Shown: positions 1 to 10,283 of the stretch, piece by piece
Layout of the letters: each line of letters starts with the position of its first letter
Position numbering within the stretch: position 1 is the stretch's first letter
NCBI GenBank assembly: GCA_016860985.1
Contig: BOKM01000001.1
Span: 463,462 to 527,461, forward strand
Reading direction: 5' to 3'
DNA: 64,000 nt
DNA from: Patescibacteria group bacterium
GTDB lineage: Bacteria; Patescibacteriota; Dojkabacteria; GCA-002793355
The notes under the pieces: model-generated
What the model was told of the DNA's origin: nothing
Database searches by the model: none
What the model saw: only the letters and a program-made list of their open reading frames with translations
Made by a program: the position numbers and the translations under genes

Positions 1-697
1 AGACCAACATTTGGAGCGTTTTAAAAGCAAGTCGGAGCTTGCGCAGGCTCTTTCAGAAGTTTTTAGTAACAGTAAACCTCAGTCAGTAAAATTCTGCGAC
101 AAGGAAACAATTAATTTAATTGCTCCCTATTATCCAGAAATAAAAGAGATTCGAGTGCCAGAACCACTTACAAACGCGAACATGGTATCACTCTCAGAAA
201 GTAACCAACATAACCTACGATACGCGGTTTCAATTGCAAAGGAACTCGGAGTGCCAGAGGATATACTACACTCTGCAGTACAGAACATAGAACTACCCGA
301 AAGACGGCAACAGATGACCAATCTGTTTGGATTTGAGGCCATAGACGACTCATATAACATTAGCTTTACAACGGCAACCGCAGGAATAAAGGCTGCAAAA
401 GAACTTGCACAACAAAAAAATAAAAAACTGTTAGTAATTACCGCAGGCATTCCAGAATTGGCAAAAAACGAAAAGGATAAGAACAAAGAACTTGGAGTAT
501 TACTCTCTTCACACGCCGACTTTACTATTATCCTTGCAAGTATGTTTGCACAAGAGATAGCAAAAGGGTTTTCGAAAATGGATCACTACGCCATTGTTTC
601 TACGTTGACCGAAACGATTCAATCGGTACTACCTACCTACAATAAAGACGAATGGGTACTTCTTTTGCAGCCAGAGTTGAATGACTTATATTACTAA
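1..697 (+). CDS. murF: UDP-MurNAc-pentapeptide synthetase MurF, C-terminal part; the 5' end lies upstream of the window
   Basis: Mur-ligase C-terminal domain with the DDSYN motif. The frame stays open back to position 1, and the ORF-track start at 11 is a TTG. It sits directly before ddl, murD and murC. Confidence 0.7.
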   Translation, partial: DQHLERFKSKSELAQALSEVFSNSKPQSVKFCDKETINLIAPYYPEIKEIRVPEPLTNANMVSLSESNQHNLRYAVSIAKELGVPEDILHSAVQNIELPERRQQMTNLFGFEAIDDSYNISFTTATAGIKAAKELAQQKNKKLLVITAGIPELAKNEKDKNKELGVLLSSHADFTIILASMFAQEIAKGFSKMDHYAIVSTLTETIQSVLPTYNKDEWVLLLQPELNDLYY

Positions 698-1842
698 CTG
701 CCTTTAATAAACTTTTCTACAATATCCGTTGTGTAGTCGATTTCGTAACTCCGTTTTGTTGCAGCATCTTTAATACTTTGCTCAATGGCATCGGTTATTT
801 GCTGCTTAAACTGAATTCCAGTTGCTTCCCACAAGTAAAAGGCAAGAGAGCCAGGAATTGGGTTAATTTCTGTTAGGTAGAGATTATCGTCTTCTGCTGC
901 CATAAAATCTATTCGAACCAAGCCTTTACATCGACATGCGACATATGCCTTTTTCGCAAAATTTTGTATGGTTGTTTTTAGTTGGTCGGAAATCTTTGCT
1001 GGCAGTTCTCTTGTCAAAGAGGCCATTCCACTTCCTCCAGTCTTTTTGGCGCCCTTTTTATATTTGTCCTCAAAGCTTAGGATTTCATCTTTTCCCATTG
1101 GCCTTTCAATTTCGCTAGTTTCAAGTACACCATTTTGCATTCGAACTGAGCAGTTATACTCTACGTATTTGGGTATGAAGGTTTCGATTACCAATTCTGA
1201 ATCAAGATATGACGCCTCAAGCAACATTCTTTTTAAATCGCCTTCGTTGTGAGCAACAGAAATACCAATACTTGAACCTAAATGAGCGGGTTTAATAATT
1301 AGCGGAAGTCCCAACAAAGCGACAGCTTCTTTAGCAATTTGAGCATATCTCTCTCGCAGCGTAAAGGTATCGACACATATTCCAGGAACAGTAGCAATTC
1401 CCGCTTCTTTTACTAACTGCTTGGTAAGTTGCTTGTTCATTGTGAGTACAGAACCTTCTACACCCGATGAGGTAAACGGAATACCGACACTTTCTAATAA
1501 TCCTTGTAAGGCACCACCTTCCCCCAATCCTCCGTGAAAAGCCAGAAAAGCTGCGATTGGATAGATCTTCTGACCAAAGATGCCGCTAAGTTGGATATAT
1601 CCTCCTTTTTCGTCTCTCCCGAACGTTGCATTCTCCCGCCTCTTTTTTAAAAAATCCTTCTTGCTTCCCAGTTCTCCAATAAAGTGGAATTCACCTTTTT
1701 TTGTTACGTAGAGCACTTGAGGAATATACTTTGATTTGTCGAGATGTTCTGCTATTTGTAAGCCAGAAATAATTGAGACTTCGTGCTCAGGAGCAATACC
1801 GCCAAACATAATAAGCACTGAATGCTTTTCTACAGACGCCAT
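694..1842 (-). CDS. ddl: D-alanine--D-alanine ligase (ATP-grasp)
   Basis: Typical Ddl N-terminus (VLIMFGGIAPEHEVSIISG) and ATP-grasp core motifs. Length is 382 aa. Confidence 0.9.
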   Translation of the reverse strand: MASVEKHSVLIMFGGIAPEHEVSIISGLQIAEHLDKSKYIPQVLYVTKKGEFHFIGELGSKKDFLKKRRENATFGRDEKGGYIQLSGIFGQKIYPIAAFLAFHGGLGEGGALQGLLESVGIPFTSSGVEGSVLTMNKQLTKQLVKEAGIATVPGICVDTFTLRERYAQIAKEAVALLGLPLIIKPAHLGSSIGISVAHNEGDLKRMLLEASYLDSELVIETFIPKYVEYNCSVRMQNGVLETSEIERPMGKDEILSFEDKYKKGAKKTGGSGMASLTRELPAKISDQLKTTIQNFAKKAYVACRCKGLVRIDFMAAEDDNLYLTEINPIPGSLAFYLWEATGIQFKQQITDAIEQSIKDAATKRSYEIDYTTDIVEKFIKGS

Positions 1843-1963
1843 GGGGTGGAGATTTTAGCTTAGTATTCAAGTGTACCACACTGCACTATTTTTGAGTTCA
1901 GTACGATACATTGGGCGATTACAAGCTAATCCGCATATTTTTTCTGCATGCTACAATCGAATA

Positions 1964-3355
1964 ATGAAACAATTTCCACAATATGAGGGCAAGAAAGTTC
2001 TAGTATTTGGGCTTGGCCTAAATGATGGAGGACTTGGAATGGTCGATTTTTTTGTAGAGCAAGGCGCAGAAGTAACGATAACCGATGGAAAAACCGAAGA
2101 ACAACTTGCCAGCACACTCGAAAAGCTCAAAGAAAAAGGAGGAACGCTAACCTTTCATCTTGGAGGGCATATTGAAAGTGATTTTACTGATAACGACATT
2201 ATTATTCGTAACCCGGCAATAAAACCAGACAACCCATATCTCAAAATTGCCAAAGAGGCAGGAAAAACGATAGAGATGGAAATGTCCCTCTTTTTTAAAC
2301 TCGCTCCCTGTAAAATCGTAGGAATATCCGGAACAAAGGGGAAGTCAACCACCACAACACTTACCTACCTTATGTTAAAAAAGAAATTCGGCGATTCAGT
2401 TGTACTCGCAGGAAATATAGGCAAGAGTGCGATACGGGAACTACCGAAACTGACAAAAGATAACCTTGTGGTTCTTGAAATGTCGAGTTTTCAGCTAGAT
2501 GCACTTCGTGATGCAAAACTATCTCCCCATGTTTCTCTACTTACAAATATCTACGAAGATCACTTGAATTGGCACAAAGATATGGCTGATTACATCGACT
2601 GCAAGCAGACGATGTTCACTTTTCAAAAAGCAGGCGATATTACCATTTTGAATAGTGATGACCCAAGAGTTCATAATATGGAAAACGCAGCAAAAAAAAC
2701 AGGAGCAAAAGTTGTCACTTTTTCGAGCCAAGAATCAGCCGATTACCAAAGAAAAGAAATGGTGGTTTTTGAACAAAGCAAAGAGCTACTCACACTTGAA
2801 GGAATGATCGTAAATGGCGAGCATAATTTTCAGAATGCACTTGGAGCAATTGCCCTAGCCCGACAGTTTGACGTGACTGTGCCACAAATTTTAGAGGTAC
2901 TTTCAGAATTCACCGGTGTTGACGGAAGAGAACAATTGGTACGAGAAGTAAACGGCATAAAGATTTATAATGATACCACCGCGACCGCGATGGAATCGAT
3001 GTTAGCTGCAATGAACCGCTTTGGGCCACAGTTTCCAAAAAAGATAATAATGATTGCAGGGGGAATGGATAAAGGTATGGATTATTCACAGGTTGCACCT
3101 GTATGGAATACCTACTTAAAAGCGTTAGTTTTATTGGAAGGGACAGCATCTGAAAAAATGGCAACCGTAATGGACTCGAGTACAGTTCCTGTTCACAAAT
3201 ATTTTGGAGTTTTCAAAGACGCAGTAGAAAAGGCCTACTCTCTTGCACAATCTGGGGATATGATTATCCTTTGCCCTGGAGGAACAAGTTTTAATATGTT
3301 TGCAAACGAATTTGACCGCGGCAGACAATTCAACGACTTAGTTAACGCACTCTAA
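1964..3355 (+). CDS. murD: UDP-N-acetylmuramoylalanine--D-glutamate ligase MurD
   Basis: KKVLVFGLG Rossmann start, GTKGKST P-loop and the NDTTATA motif. The ORF-track start at 1871 is probably too early, so I moved it to the internal ATG (MKQFP...). Confidence 0.85.
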   Translation: MKQFPQYEGKKVLVFGLGLNDGGLGMVDFFVEQGAEVTITDGKTEEQLASTLEKLKEKGGTLTFHLGGHIESDFTDNDIIIRNPAIKPDNPYLKIAKEAGKTIEMEMSLFFKLAPCKIVGISGTKGKSTTTTLTYLMLKKKFGDSVVLAGNIGKSAIRELPKLTKDNLVVLEMSSFQLDALRDAKLSPHVSLLTNIYEDHLNWHKDMADYIDCKQTMFTFQKAGDITILNSDDPRVHNMENAAKKTGAKVVTFSSQESADYQRKEMVVFEQSKELLTLEGMIVNGEHNFQNALGAIALARQFDVTVPQILEVLSEFTGVDGREQLVREVNGIKIYNDTTATAMESMLAAMNRFGPQFPKKIIMIAGGMDKGMDYSQVAPVWNTYLKALVLLEGTASEKMATVMDSSTVPVHKYFGVFKDAVEKAYSLAQSGDMIILCPGGTSFNMFANEFDRGRQFNDLVNAL

Positions 3356-3358
3356 ACC

Positions 3359-4726
3359 ATGCATCTAACTCAACAGCAACTATCTGATACATTTAGCAGC
3401 ATTAGAAAAGTCCACTTTATTGGGATTACATCTCCGTTCTGTAGCTTCTCGGCAAGTTACCTCCTTTCAAAAGGTATAACCGTTACCGCTTCGGAAGCGA
3501 ATCAGGATTCAGAGGCCGCACAAAAATGGATTGAAAAGGGGATACTCTTCAAAGGCGGTCATTCTGCCGAATATATTCATGAGGATATTGATTTGGTCGT
3601 TTTTCCAAATGGAATTATTCCTGGAAATCCAGAAGTTGAAAAAACGCAAGAGAGTGGACTTCCTTACGTGTTGGTACAAGAATTGCTCGGTATTATCAGT
3701 CAACAATACAAGACAATTGCAATTGCGGGAACACACGGAAAAACAACGACTACCGCACTCGTTATCTGGTTACTGCACAAAACGATAGGAACACCAAACT
3801 TTATAGTCGGAGATGCAAAAGATAAAATAGCAGAATTAGGAACGAACTGGGAATCTCACCCAGAAAGTGAATACTTAGTAATCGAAGCGTGTGAGTACAA
3901 AAAACAATTTCTTGCCAGAGCCCCCCGTCCATACATTTCGGTAATAACGCATATCGATTTGGATCATACTGATTTCTACCCTAATCAGAGCAGTTACAAT
4001 CAAGCCTTCACAGAGTTTCTATCACACACTACCAATACCATTATTATCGATGATGCAAAGAAAAACGAGAAGGAGGTACTCAGCAATCTTCCCAAGGATA
4101 TAGCGGTAGTATCAACTGCGAATTTGAAAAAAGAGCTCGGTACAATTGAGTCAACTCACTTATTTGGTCATCATAATCAAGAAAATCTTATACGGGCGGC
4201 TGGCGTGGCTAAGGTAATTGGAATCTCCAAGATAGAAGCACTCAAAGCACTTTCACAATTTCCTGGGATTTCTTCCCGTTTTGAATATAAGGGAACAACG
4301 AAACAAGGCACACTTGTTTACAAAGATTTTGCGCATAACCCGCAAAAGATAACGGCCTGTTTGCAAGGCGCCAAAGAGGCCTATCCTAACAAAAAACTTG
4401 TTGTCGTTTACCAACCGCATAACCATGAGCGAACCAAAACGTTTGAAACAGAACTTATCAATTCTCTAAAGCAAGCAGACGTTCTTATCGTCCCAAACAT
4501 TTATTCTTTACGCGAAAGCGCCGATGAACGGGCACTTATATCTGCATCTACATTTGTCCGAAACATTCAAAAAAAATATCCTAACAAAGAAGTATTTTTT
4601 ACTGATGAGTTAGGTGTTTACCCTAAAACGCTTCAAAAGCTAACCACATTCAGCAATCCAAATAATCTGATACTTATTGTAAGCGCAGGTGATGTCGACA
4701 AAATTATTCCGGATCTACTCGGCTGA
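3359..4726 (+). CDS. murC: UDP-N-acetylmuramate--L-alanine ligase MurC
   Basis: VHFIGITS N-terminus and GTHGKTTTT P-loop, with Mur-ligase middle and C-terminal domains. It starts 4 nt after the murD stop. Confidence 0.85.
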   Translation: MHLTQQQLSDTFSSIRKVHFIGITSPFCSFSASYLLSKGITVTASEANQDSEAAQKWIEKGILFKGGHSAEYIHEDIDLVVFPNGIIPGNPEVEKTQESGLPYVLVQELLGIISQQYKTIAIAGTHGKTTTTALVIWLLHKTIGTPNFIVGDAKDKIAELGTNWESHPESEYLVIEACEYKKQFLARAPRPYISVITHIDLDHTDFYPNQSSYNQAFTEFLSHTTNTIIIDDAKKNEKEVLSNLPKDIAVVSTANLKKELGTIESTHLFGHHNQENLIRAAGVAKVIGISKIEALKALSQFPGISSRFEYKGTTKQGTLVYKDFAHNPQKITACLQGAKEAYPNKKLVVVYQPHNHERTKTFETELINSLKQADVLIVPNIYSLRESADERALISASTFVRNIQKKYPNKEVFFTDELGVYPKTLQKLTTFSNPNNLILIVSAGDVDKIIPDLLG

Positions 4727-5776
4727 TTGGCGCTTAGGTAGTTCGGTTTTCGCTTTTGATTCTTTAGCCGTTGTGCTTTGTTTCTGATTTACCTCAACTT
4801 TCGTAGTTTTTGGTGCAACAGCAAGCCATATTCCTACTACAAACAATAGAAGTGCAACAACGCCTAAATACGAGCCTTGTTGAGCGATTGGAGAGCCAAG
4901 TGTTGTTTGAATAAGTTCGCTCATGGAACCTATCCCCTTACCAAAACCCAGTAAGAGTAAACTCGCAAGCCCAATCGTGCCACCTGTTGCAAAAAAAGCT
5001 GCTACACGTGGGGTAAAGAGAAGCAGAAGTAACATTATAGAGACTACAATTGCGAGCCAAACCATAAGGATTCCTTTATCTAAAAAGGACTTGAGCGAAA
5101 GAAAACGCTGCCTATCCATTTCTGTTGCATTAGAATCGGAGGTTATTCCCTTTACTAGTACTTCGTTGATTTGCGGAAGCTTCATGTACTCTTTGGCTGC
5201 TGCCTCATATGTTGCACGAGATGGAGTTCCAAATGCACAAGGGACTTCCAAAAAATCTTGGGGAGAAATTTTACCAAGCTCTTTGATTTGTGCCGGAGTA
5301 CACGCTTCCAGTGCATCGTACCGAAGTTTGAGGACTGAAACTGCGAGATCTAATTGTTCGGCTGGTGTTCCGCCTGGTTTATACTTCCAAACGAGGGTTG
5401 GAGATTCACCATCTAGCCATGTATAGAAACCCGCCGCATTTGTTTTAAGGTTTTCACCGACAGACTCGGGAGAAAGAATCTTTCTGACGGTTATTCCGAG
5501 GGGAGAACTTTTATTGGCAGCTAACTGCAACGCCTCTTTTAACATGGGGTCGTCAATCGCTGTCGAAGACGAAGCACTTTCAAGTAATCCATTTACAAAG
5601 GCTTCGACTGAGTCTTTATCAGAAGCAAACGCATTAATCCATGCAAGTCCACTCTCTTTTTTGAAGAGTTCTTGCCCTGCAATCGAAAGTGGAATCGTCA
5701 CCACTACCGCGACAATTAAGGACATTCCCAGAAACAAACCTAACAACCAACGCATAATTGCAAAAAGTGTATTCAT
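4715..5776 (-). CDS. hypothetical membrane protein (N- and C-terminal transmembrane segments, large extracytoplasmic middle)
   Basis: Hydrophobic helices at both termini. No recognisable catalytic motif. Confidence 0.45.
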   Translation of the reverse strand: MNTLFAIMRWLLGLFLGMSLIVAVVVTIPLSIAGQELFKKESGLAWINAFASDKDSVEAFVNGLLESASSSTAIDDPMLKEALQLAANKSSPLGITVRKILSPESVGENLKTNAAGFYTWLDGESPTLVWKYKPGGTPAEQLDLAVSVLKLRYDALEACTPAQIKELGKISPQDFLEVPCAFGTPSRATYEAAAKEYMKLPQINEVLVKGITSDSNATEMDRQRFLSLKSFLDKGILMVWLAIVVSIMLLLLLFTPRVAAFFATGGTIGLASLLLLGFGKGIGSMSELIQTTLGSPIAQQGSYLGVVALLLFVVGIWLAVAPKTTKVEVNQKQSTTAKESKAKTELPKRQSAE

Positions 5777-5827
5777 GTATCAGTGTAACAAATAATCAAA
5801 AACCTGCAAATTTGTTACAATTGCAAA

Positions 5828-6559
5828 GTGGCTAAACCTCTTATCACAATAGTTACCTGCACAAAGAATCAAGGGAAATATTTACCAGAGTTATTACAAT
5901 CGCTTACCACACAGCAAAAAAAGAACTTTGAGCATGTGATCATCGACGGTTTCAGCTCAGACGATACTGTTTCCCTACTAAATAAGTATAAAAAAGAAAA
6001 CGAAACTGCTTTTCCGATACATATCCATCAATTTCCTCCGTTAGGTATTGCTGATGCTATGAACAAAGGTATTCTTCACTCACACGGCGACTGGATAATC
6101 ATAATTCACGGAGATGACTATCTTATCAGCGAGAAAGCGACTGATGTAATAGAAAAAGCAGTAAAAATGAACACTCAATCAGAATGGATTGTTGCTAATA
6201 CGACTCGAAAGTTGTGGGGAATTCGATACACGACCAAAACATTTTTACTAAAGCCAATCTTATTTCGATTGCTCCCCGTCTACAACTTTTTAAACCATCA
6301 GAACATGATTATGAGGCGTGATTTATTCCTAAAATATGGTGGATTTCGAACCGATTTCAAAATCAATATGGATTATGAGTACTACCTACGCCTTTTGCAC
6401 CACGGAGTGATGCCTGCTGCTTTTGACGGGGAGTTTTCAGTCTTTCGAAGGCATGAATCGAGTGCCTCAGCAATGCGAGAAAATCAAGCAACCGTTGTTG
6501 AAGAATTCATAAAACTAAAGCGACAGTACAAGAATACAGTGAAATGGGGCAAAAGATGA
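5828..6559 (+). CDS. family 2 glycosyltransferase (GT-A fold)
   Basis: ITIVTCTKNQG..L..SL..Q N-terminus and a DxD-type acidic motif (HGDDY). The first codon is GTG. Confidence 0.65.
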   Translation: MAKPLITIVTCTKNQGKYLPELLQSLTTQQKKNFEHVIIDGFSSDDTVSLLNKYKKENETAFPIHIHQFPPLGIADAMNKGILHSHGDWIIIIHGDDYLISEKATDVIEKAVKMNTQSEWIVANTTRKLWGIRYTTKTFLLKPILFRLLPVYNFLNHQNMIMRRDLFLKYGGFRTDFKINMDYEYYLRLLHHGVMPAAFDGEFSVFRRHESSASAMRENQATVVEEFIKLKRQYKNTVKWGKR

Positions 6560-6572
6560 TAAGATACCGAAC

Positions 6573-7517
6573 ATGACTCACCTTTCAGGAGAAACTGTCG
6601 CTACTCCACGAGCAACTTCTCAAGAAACAATCAGCAAACGACATGCACTTCCAGATGTTGCGGCACAATTTGCCGACCTAGAAGTTTCTTACGTGCACAC
6701 TCAAAACCGCAATACGTTTGTGCAGTATCGACTTGCCGAGAGTAACCCAGCAACAGCAGAAAACGTAGTACTCGCATTAAACGGAGGTGGAAATAATCCA
6801 TTGCACAACTTTGCACCTTTCGCAAAAAATATCTTGCAATCCGATGCGAACGTCACACGCTTTGTAGCGATGTATTATCCATTACACTACGAAGAACGTA
6901 ACGACGGTAGTGTTTTTGATATTCCAAAAACCATGGAGGATTTAGCTCAAGCGCGCGAACTACTCAATTTACCGCCAAAAGCGCGTATTCATCTTACTGG
7001 TTTAAGCCTGAGTGCCGATCAACTTATTGCCAGCATTGTCGGAGGACAATTACCACAAGAACAGTTTGCCTCCGTAACGCTACTCAGCCCTCTTGCAATC
7101 TTCCCAGAAGGAGAAAAGCATACAAAAGAACTACTCGCTCACTTTGTAGGTGAATCAATGGCGGCAAGAATGCGTGACCGAATAATTGCTACTATCGATG
7201 ATGTTACAAGAGCTTTTGAACTGCCACCGAACATGAAATATTTAGCAGAAACAATAGAACAATTTTTTGAGCAAATGCATCATTACCTAGCAAACCCTAT
7301 TGAACCTGTGAGTAAGATCCCACGTATTACCATGAAATGGGCGACCAAACGGGAGATACTCACCCAAGAAAGGAGAATGCAACTCGCTGCTTTATTAACC
7401 CCATTCACAGATCAACTACAACTCTCTCAGGAATTAATCCCAGGTCGTCACGGTGCGTCTATGCAACCGAAATACTGGAACGATTATTCGAGAGCAGTTA
7501 TCGAAGGTATTAGTTGA
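6573..7517 (+). CDS. hypothetical protein, possibly alpha/beta-hydrolase-like
   Basis: No strong motif. A GLSLS elbow-like segment is weak evidence only. Confidence 0.35.
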   Translation: MTHLSGETVATPRATSQETISKRHALPDVAAQFADLEVSYVHTQNRNTFVQYRLAESNPATAENVVLALNGGGNNPLHNFAPFAKNILQSDANVTRFVAMYYPLHYEERNDGSVFDIPKTMEDLAQARELLNLPPKARIHLTGLSLSADQLIASIVGGQLPQEQFASVTLLSPLAIFPEGEKHTKELLAHFVGESMAARMRDRIIATIDDVTRAFELPPNMKYLAETIEQFFEQMHHYLANPIEPVSKIPRITMKWATKREILTQERRMQLAALLTPFTDQLQLSQELIPGRHGASMQPKYWNDYSRAVIEGIS

Positions 7518-8229
7518 TTTCGACTGGGTTTCCGGCGAAGTAGAGCTTCCCTTTTGTAATAACTAAAGCATCTTCGGGTCTAAGGGCAAAACCTTTTACC
7601 CCTTTTGGTAGAAGCTTTTCGACAGCCGGCAGCAGATTATCTTCAAAGTGAGGGTATACTTCAAAATTAACCAACCCTAATGGCTTAAAGTTCATTACCT
7701 GCGGATCACTCTCACCAATAAAGTTAGCTGCCCAATGCGTTGAAGTCGATACGCACATTGCGCCTGCGCTAAAGCCTACGAAGGGCTTACCTTTCTTAAC
7801 AATTTCTACTAAATTTTCCCGAATTCCTGCCTCATCAACTGCATGAAGTAACCTAGAAACAAGCCCTCCACTCATACATATCACATCGCACGTCTCCAAC
7901 GAGCGCAGCAGTATCTCTTTTGGCCACTTTTCTAAATCAAGTTGCTTGAGATACATGTTATTTATGGTCGTAAACTCTTGTAGGTACACATAACTCATGT
8001 CTGCACGTGCTTGATCCAGTCCACCATTCGGAATCAAGACGACTTTTTTATCATCAAGAGAACCACCAAGCATCTTCTCAAGCATTGGCTTCAAAGATTT
8101 AAATAGGTGTTCGGAAGGTAGAATCATATTGAGCGTTTCATCAGGATATGCTCCAATTTCCCTTACAGGCGAGTCTACCGAAAATACCTCTTTGAAGGCT
8201 GCTTTTCCTTTAAATTTGGAATACGACAT
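7510..8229 (-). CDS. peptidase S51 family protein (dipeptidase E / cyanophycinase-like, class I glutamine amidotransferase-like fold)
   Basis: VVLIPNGG start of fold and a GFSAGA nucleophile-serine motif. Confidence 0.6.
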   Translation of the reverse strand: MSYSKFKGKAAFKEVFSVDSPVREIGAYPDETLNMILPSEHLFKSLKPMLEKMLGGSLDDKKVVLIPNGGLDQARADMSYVYLQEFTTINNMYLKQLDLEKWPKEILLRSLETCDVICMSGGLVSRLLHAVDEAGIRENLVEIVKKGKPFVGFSAGAMCVSTSTHWAANFIGESDPQVMNFKPLGLVNFEVYPHFEDNLLPAVEKLLPKGVKGFALRPEDALVITKGKLYFAGNPVEIN

Positions 8230-8250
8230 ACACGAAGTATAGCATCACAA

Positions 8251-8811
8251 TTACCTATTTTCCCCAAAGCTCAATCGTTCGCTCGCATTCATATCAATAC
8301 CTTTTGCAGCATATAATTTTGCAATATCGTAATCACCAACATCTTTTCCTTGCAAACCAAGTAACGCTAACCCTTCGTTTACTTTCTCTTTAGAGTTACT
8401 TTCTATCTCTAAGTACGTTTCAAGTTTTGGCCAGGTGCACAGACTAAACTCAATGTCGTTATAGTGAAAAATATGTATTTTCTTCTCTTGATACATAGAA
8501 CGATAAAAGAAGCCAAGTTTTTCGAGAATCTCGGTCGTTTTTTTGAAATCGGAGACTTCTACTTCGATTTCTGTTGTACTTCCAACGGATTCATCATCTG
8601 CCGGTTTATATTTGTAGGTCATTTTGGTAACACCGTTTTCTTGGCGAACTCGAACCCATTTCGTGCCTTCGGTTTTCATATCAAAAAGCATTCGGTATTC
8701 TAAATATTCTGGAGTCTCCTGTGCATTAAGCTCACGCAACTTTGCAATAATTTCGGAAGGATTGATATCGAGAACTTTTGTTTCATATTCGATGTGATTC
8801 ATAATTAGCAT
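8251..8811 (-). CDS. CYTH-domain protein (class IV adenylyl cyclase / triphosphate tunnel metalloenzyme family)
   Basis: IEYETKV N-terminal signature of the CYTH tunnel fold and a run of alternating charged beta strands. Its start overlaps the stop of the upstream MazG-like gene. Confidence 0.6.
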   Translation of the reverse strand: MLIMNHIEYETKVLDINPSEIIAKLRELNAQETPEYLEYRMLFDMKTEGTKWVRVRQENGVTKMTYKYKPADDESVGSTTEIEVEVSDFKKTTEILEKLGFFYRSMYQEKKIHIFHYNDIEFSLCTWPKLETYLEIESNSKEKVNEGLALLGLQGKDVGDYDIAKLYAAKGIDMNASERLSFGENR

Positions 8812-9236
8812 TATGATTTGTTCTTGATTTTCATCAGCGGGTGATTAGCCGCCTCTTTCATTGCCGAGAAATGTGACTCTTCGAGATCAATATCGTAATG
8901 TCGTGCAATTCGAACAAGCATTAGAAAAATATCGGAAAGTTCATCACCAATTTTACTTTTTGTTGCGTTAAACTCTTTGACTGTATCTCTTCCCGCCATA
9001 TAGTACCCTTCGGCAGCTAGGATCATTTTGCTTAATTCTCCAACCTGCTTCATAAGTTCGAGTGTCGCGCCCTCAGCTCCCCACGGTCGTTTTTCCACTT
9101 TTTCAAATGCATCTATCAACACATGTGATGCAGAAATAACCTCTTGAAATGTTTTTGATTGCATAAAGGATTGTACTACAAACCATGAATGCAACACGAT
9201 ATTCCAACAATACCAAGTCACCGACATCAGCTTCAA
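8811..9236 (-). CDS. MazG-like nucleotide pyrophosphohydrolase (all-alpha NTP-PPase); the start could instead be the internal ATG at 9164
   Basis: RPWGAEGATLELMKQVGEL...EL.D....L..IARH pattern typical of small MazG/NTP-PPase proteins. It overlaps the upstream gene stop by ATGA. Confidence 0.55.
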   Translation of the reverse strand: MKLMSVTWYCWNIVLHSWFVVQSFMQSKTFQEVISASHVLIDAFEKVEKRPWGAEGATLELMKQVGELSKMILAAEGYYMAGRDTVKEFNATKSKIGDELSDIFLMLVRIARHYDIDLEESHFSAMKEAANHPLMKIKNKS

Positions 9237-10273
9237 GCCAAGCTTGGAAGTGGAATCAAATGTTTAAGTAATTTCCCTTTCTTAAATACCAATTTTCCGC
9301 TAGATGATACTACTCGATCAAAGAATGTGAATAACTCTTGAGGGAGTTTGACAGTACAGAATGGGTTTTCAATTAACACGTACTCCCTATTCCACGGTGA
9401 ATCAGGACCGATATCTTTGAAAAACAATACGGCACTAACTCGTGTTCCCTTTGACGCTGTAAAAATTGGGTCCAAACCAAAAGTCCTCTCACCAAACAGA
9501 GTTATCTTTGCTTCCATTGGCAATTCAACAGCCCAGTCCTCTAGATTAACTGCAATTATAAATGGAGCTTCGATGCTGTATGCGGAAGCTTTTGTCCGAA
9601 TGGTCTTCTGAAATCGAATAAACGGATCATTTCCTATCCAATTCGTTTCTACACCTGTCGAACAAACGAACCTTGTTCTTTTTGGTTCCGTCTTCTTTAG
9701 AAACTTGATTTCAATTTTCCAATCGTCTTGGGTGTACATTATCTGTTCGCTTCCGACATCCATAGCAGTAATACATTGTTTTCTCACTTCAGACACTTTA
9801 ATTGGTGTACTCCCTTTGTTTTGTGTTTCTAACCATCCAAAGAACAGAGTATCTTGCAATGTATTGTTGAGGTAATCAACAAGCTCGTTGAATAATTTAT
9901 CGGATAATTTTTCAGTAGAACTATCGACTGACGAGGTTGCGCACTCGATGTACACCTTTGATTTTCCTCTTGTTGCACAGAAATCAGGAGTTTGACCACT
10001 ACCGACAGAGGGTTCAACTTCAACTGCAAAACCTGTACTAATCAATAATTCTCGAACAAAGAGCTCGAAAAATGCTGGCTTCATATGAGTACGAAATTGA
10101 GAAATGAACCTCTTCTTCAAAGGTTCCGGGTATGTTGAAAACCATTTTTCGAATAGTAGTCTTCTTTGCTCAACCTCAACTCTCGATGATTGATTGTAAA
10201 ACGTGAAGAGATCTTCGGTATACTTCATTGGCCCAGTACGGATTCTAGGAATTTGATCAAAAAGGGTTGGCAT
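9233..10273 (-). CDS. hypothetical protein, first gene of a three-gene coupled operon with MazG-like and CYTH
   Basis: No known motif apart from a possible PD-(D/E)xK-like PDF...IEC segment. The ORF-track start at 10291 is a TTG that would overlap the tmRNA 3' end, so the first ATG at 10271 is used. Confidence 0.45.
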   Translation of the reverse strand: MPTLFDQIPRIRTGPMKYTEDLFTFYNQSSRVEVEQRRLLFEKWFSTYPEPLKKRFISQFRTHMKPAFFELFVRELLISTGFAVEVEPSVGSGQTPDFCATRGKSKVYIECATSSVDSSTEKLSDKLFNELVDYLNNTLQDTLFFGWLETQNKGSTPIKVSEVRKQCITAMDVGSEQIMYTQDDWKIEIKFLKKTEPKRTRFVCSTGVETNWIGNDPFIRFQKTIRTKASAYSIEAPFIIAVNLEDWAVELPMEAKITLFGERTFGLDPIFTASKGTRVSAVLFFKDIGPDSPWNREYVLIENPFCTVKLPQELFTFFDRVVSSSGKLVFKKGKLLKHLIPLPSLA

Positions 10274-10283
10274 ATTGGACCAA

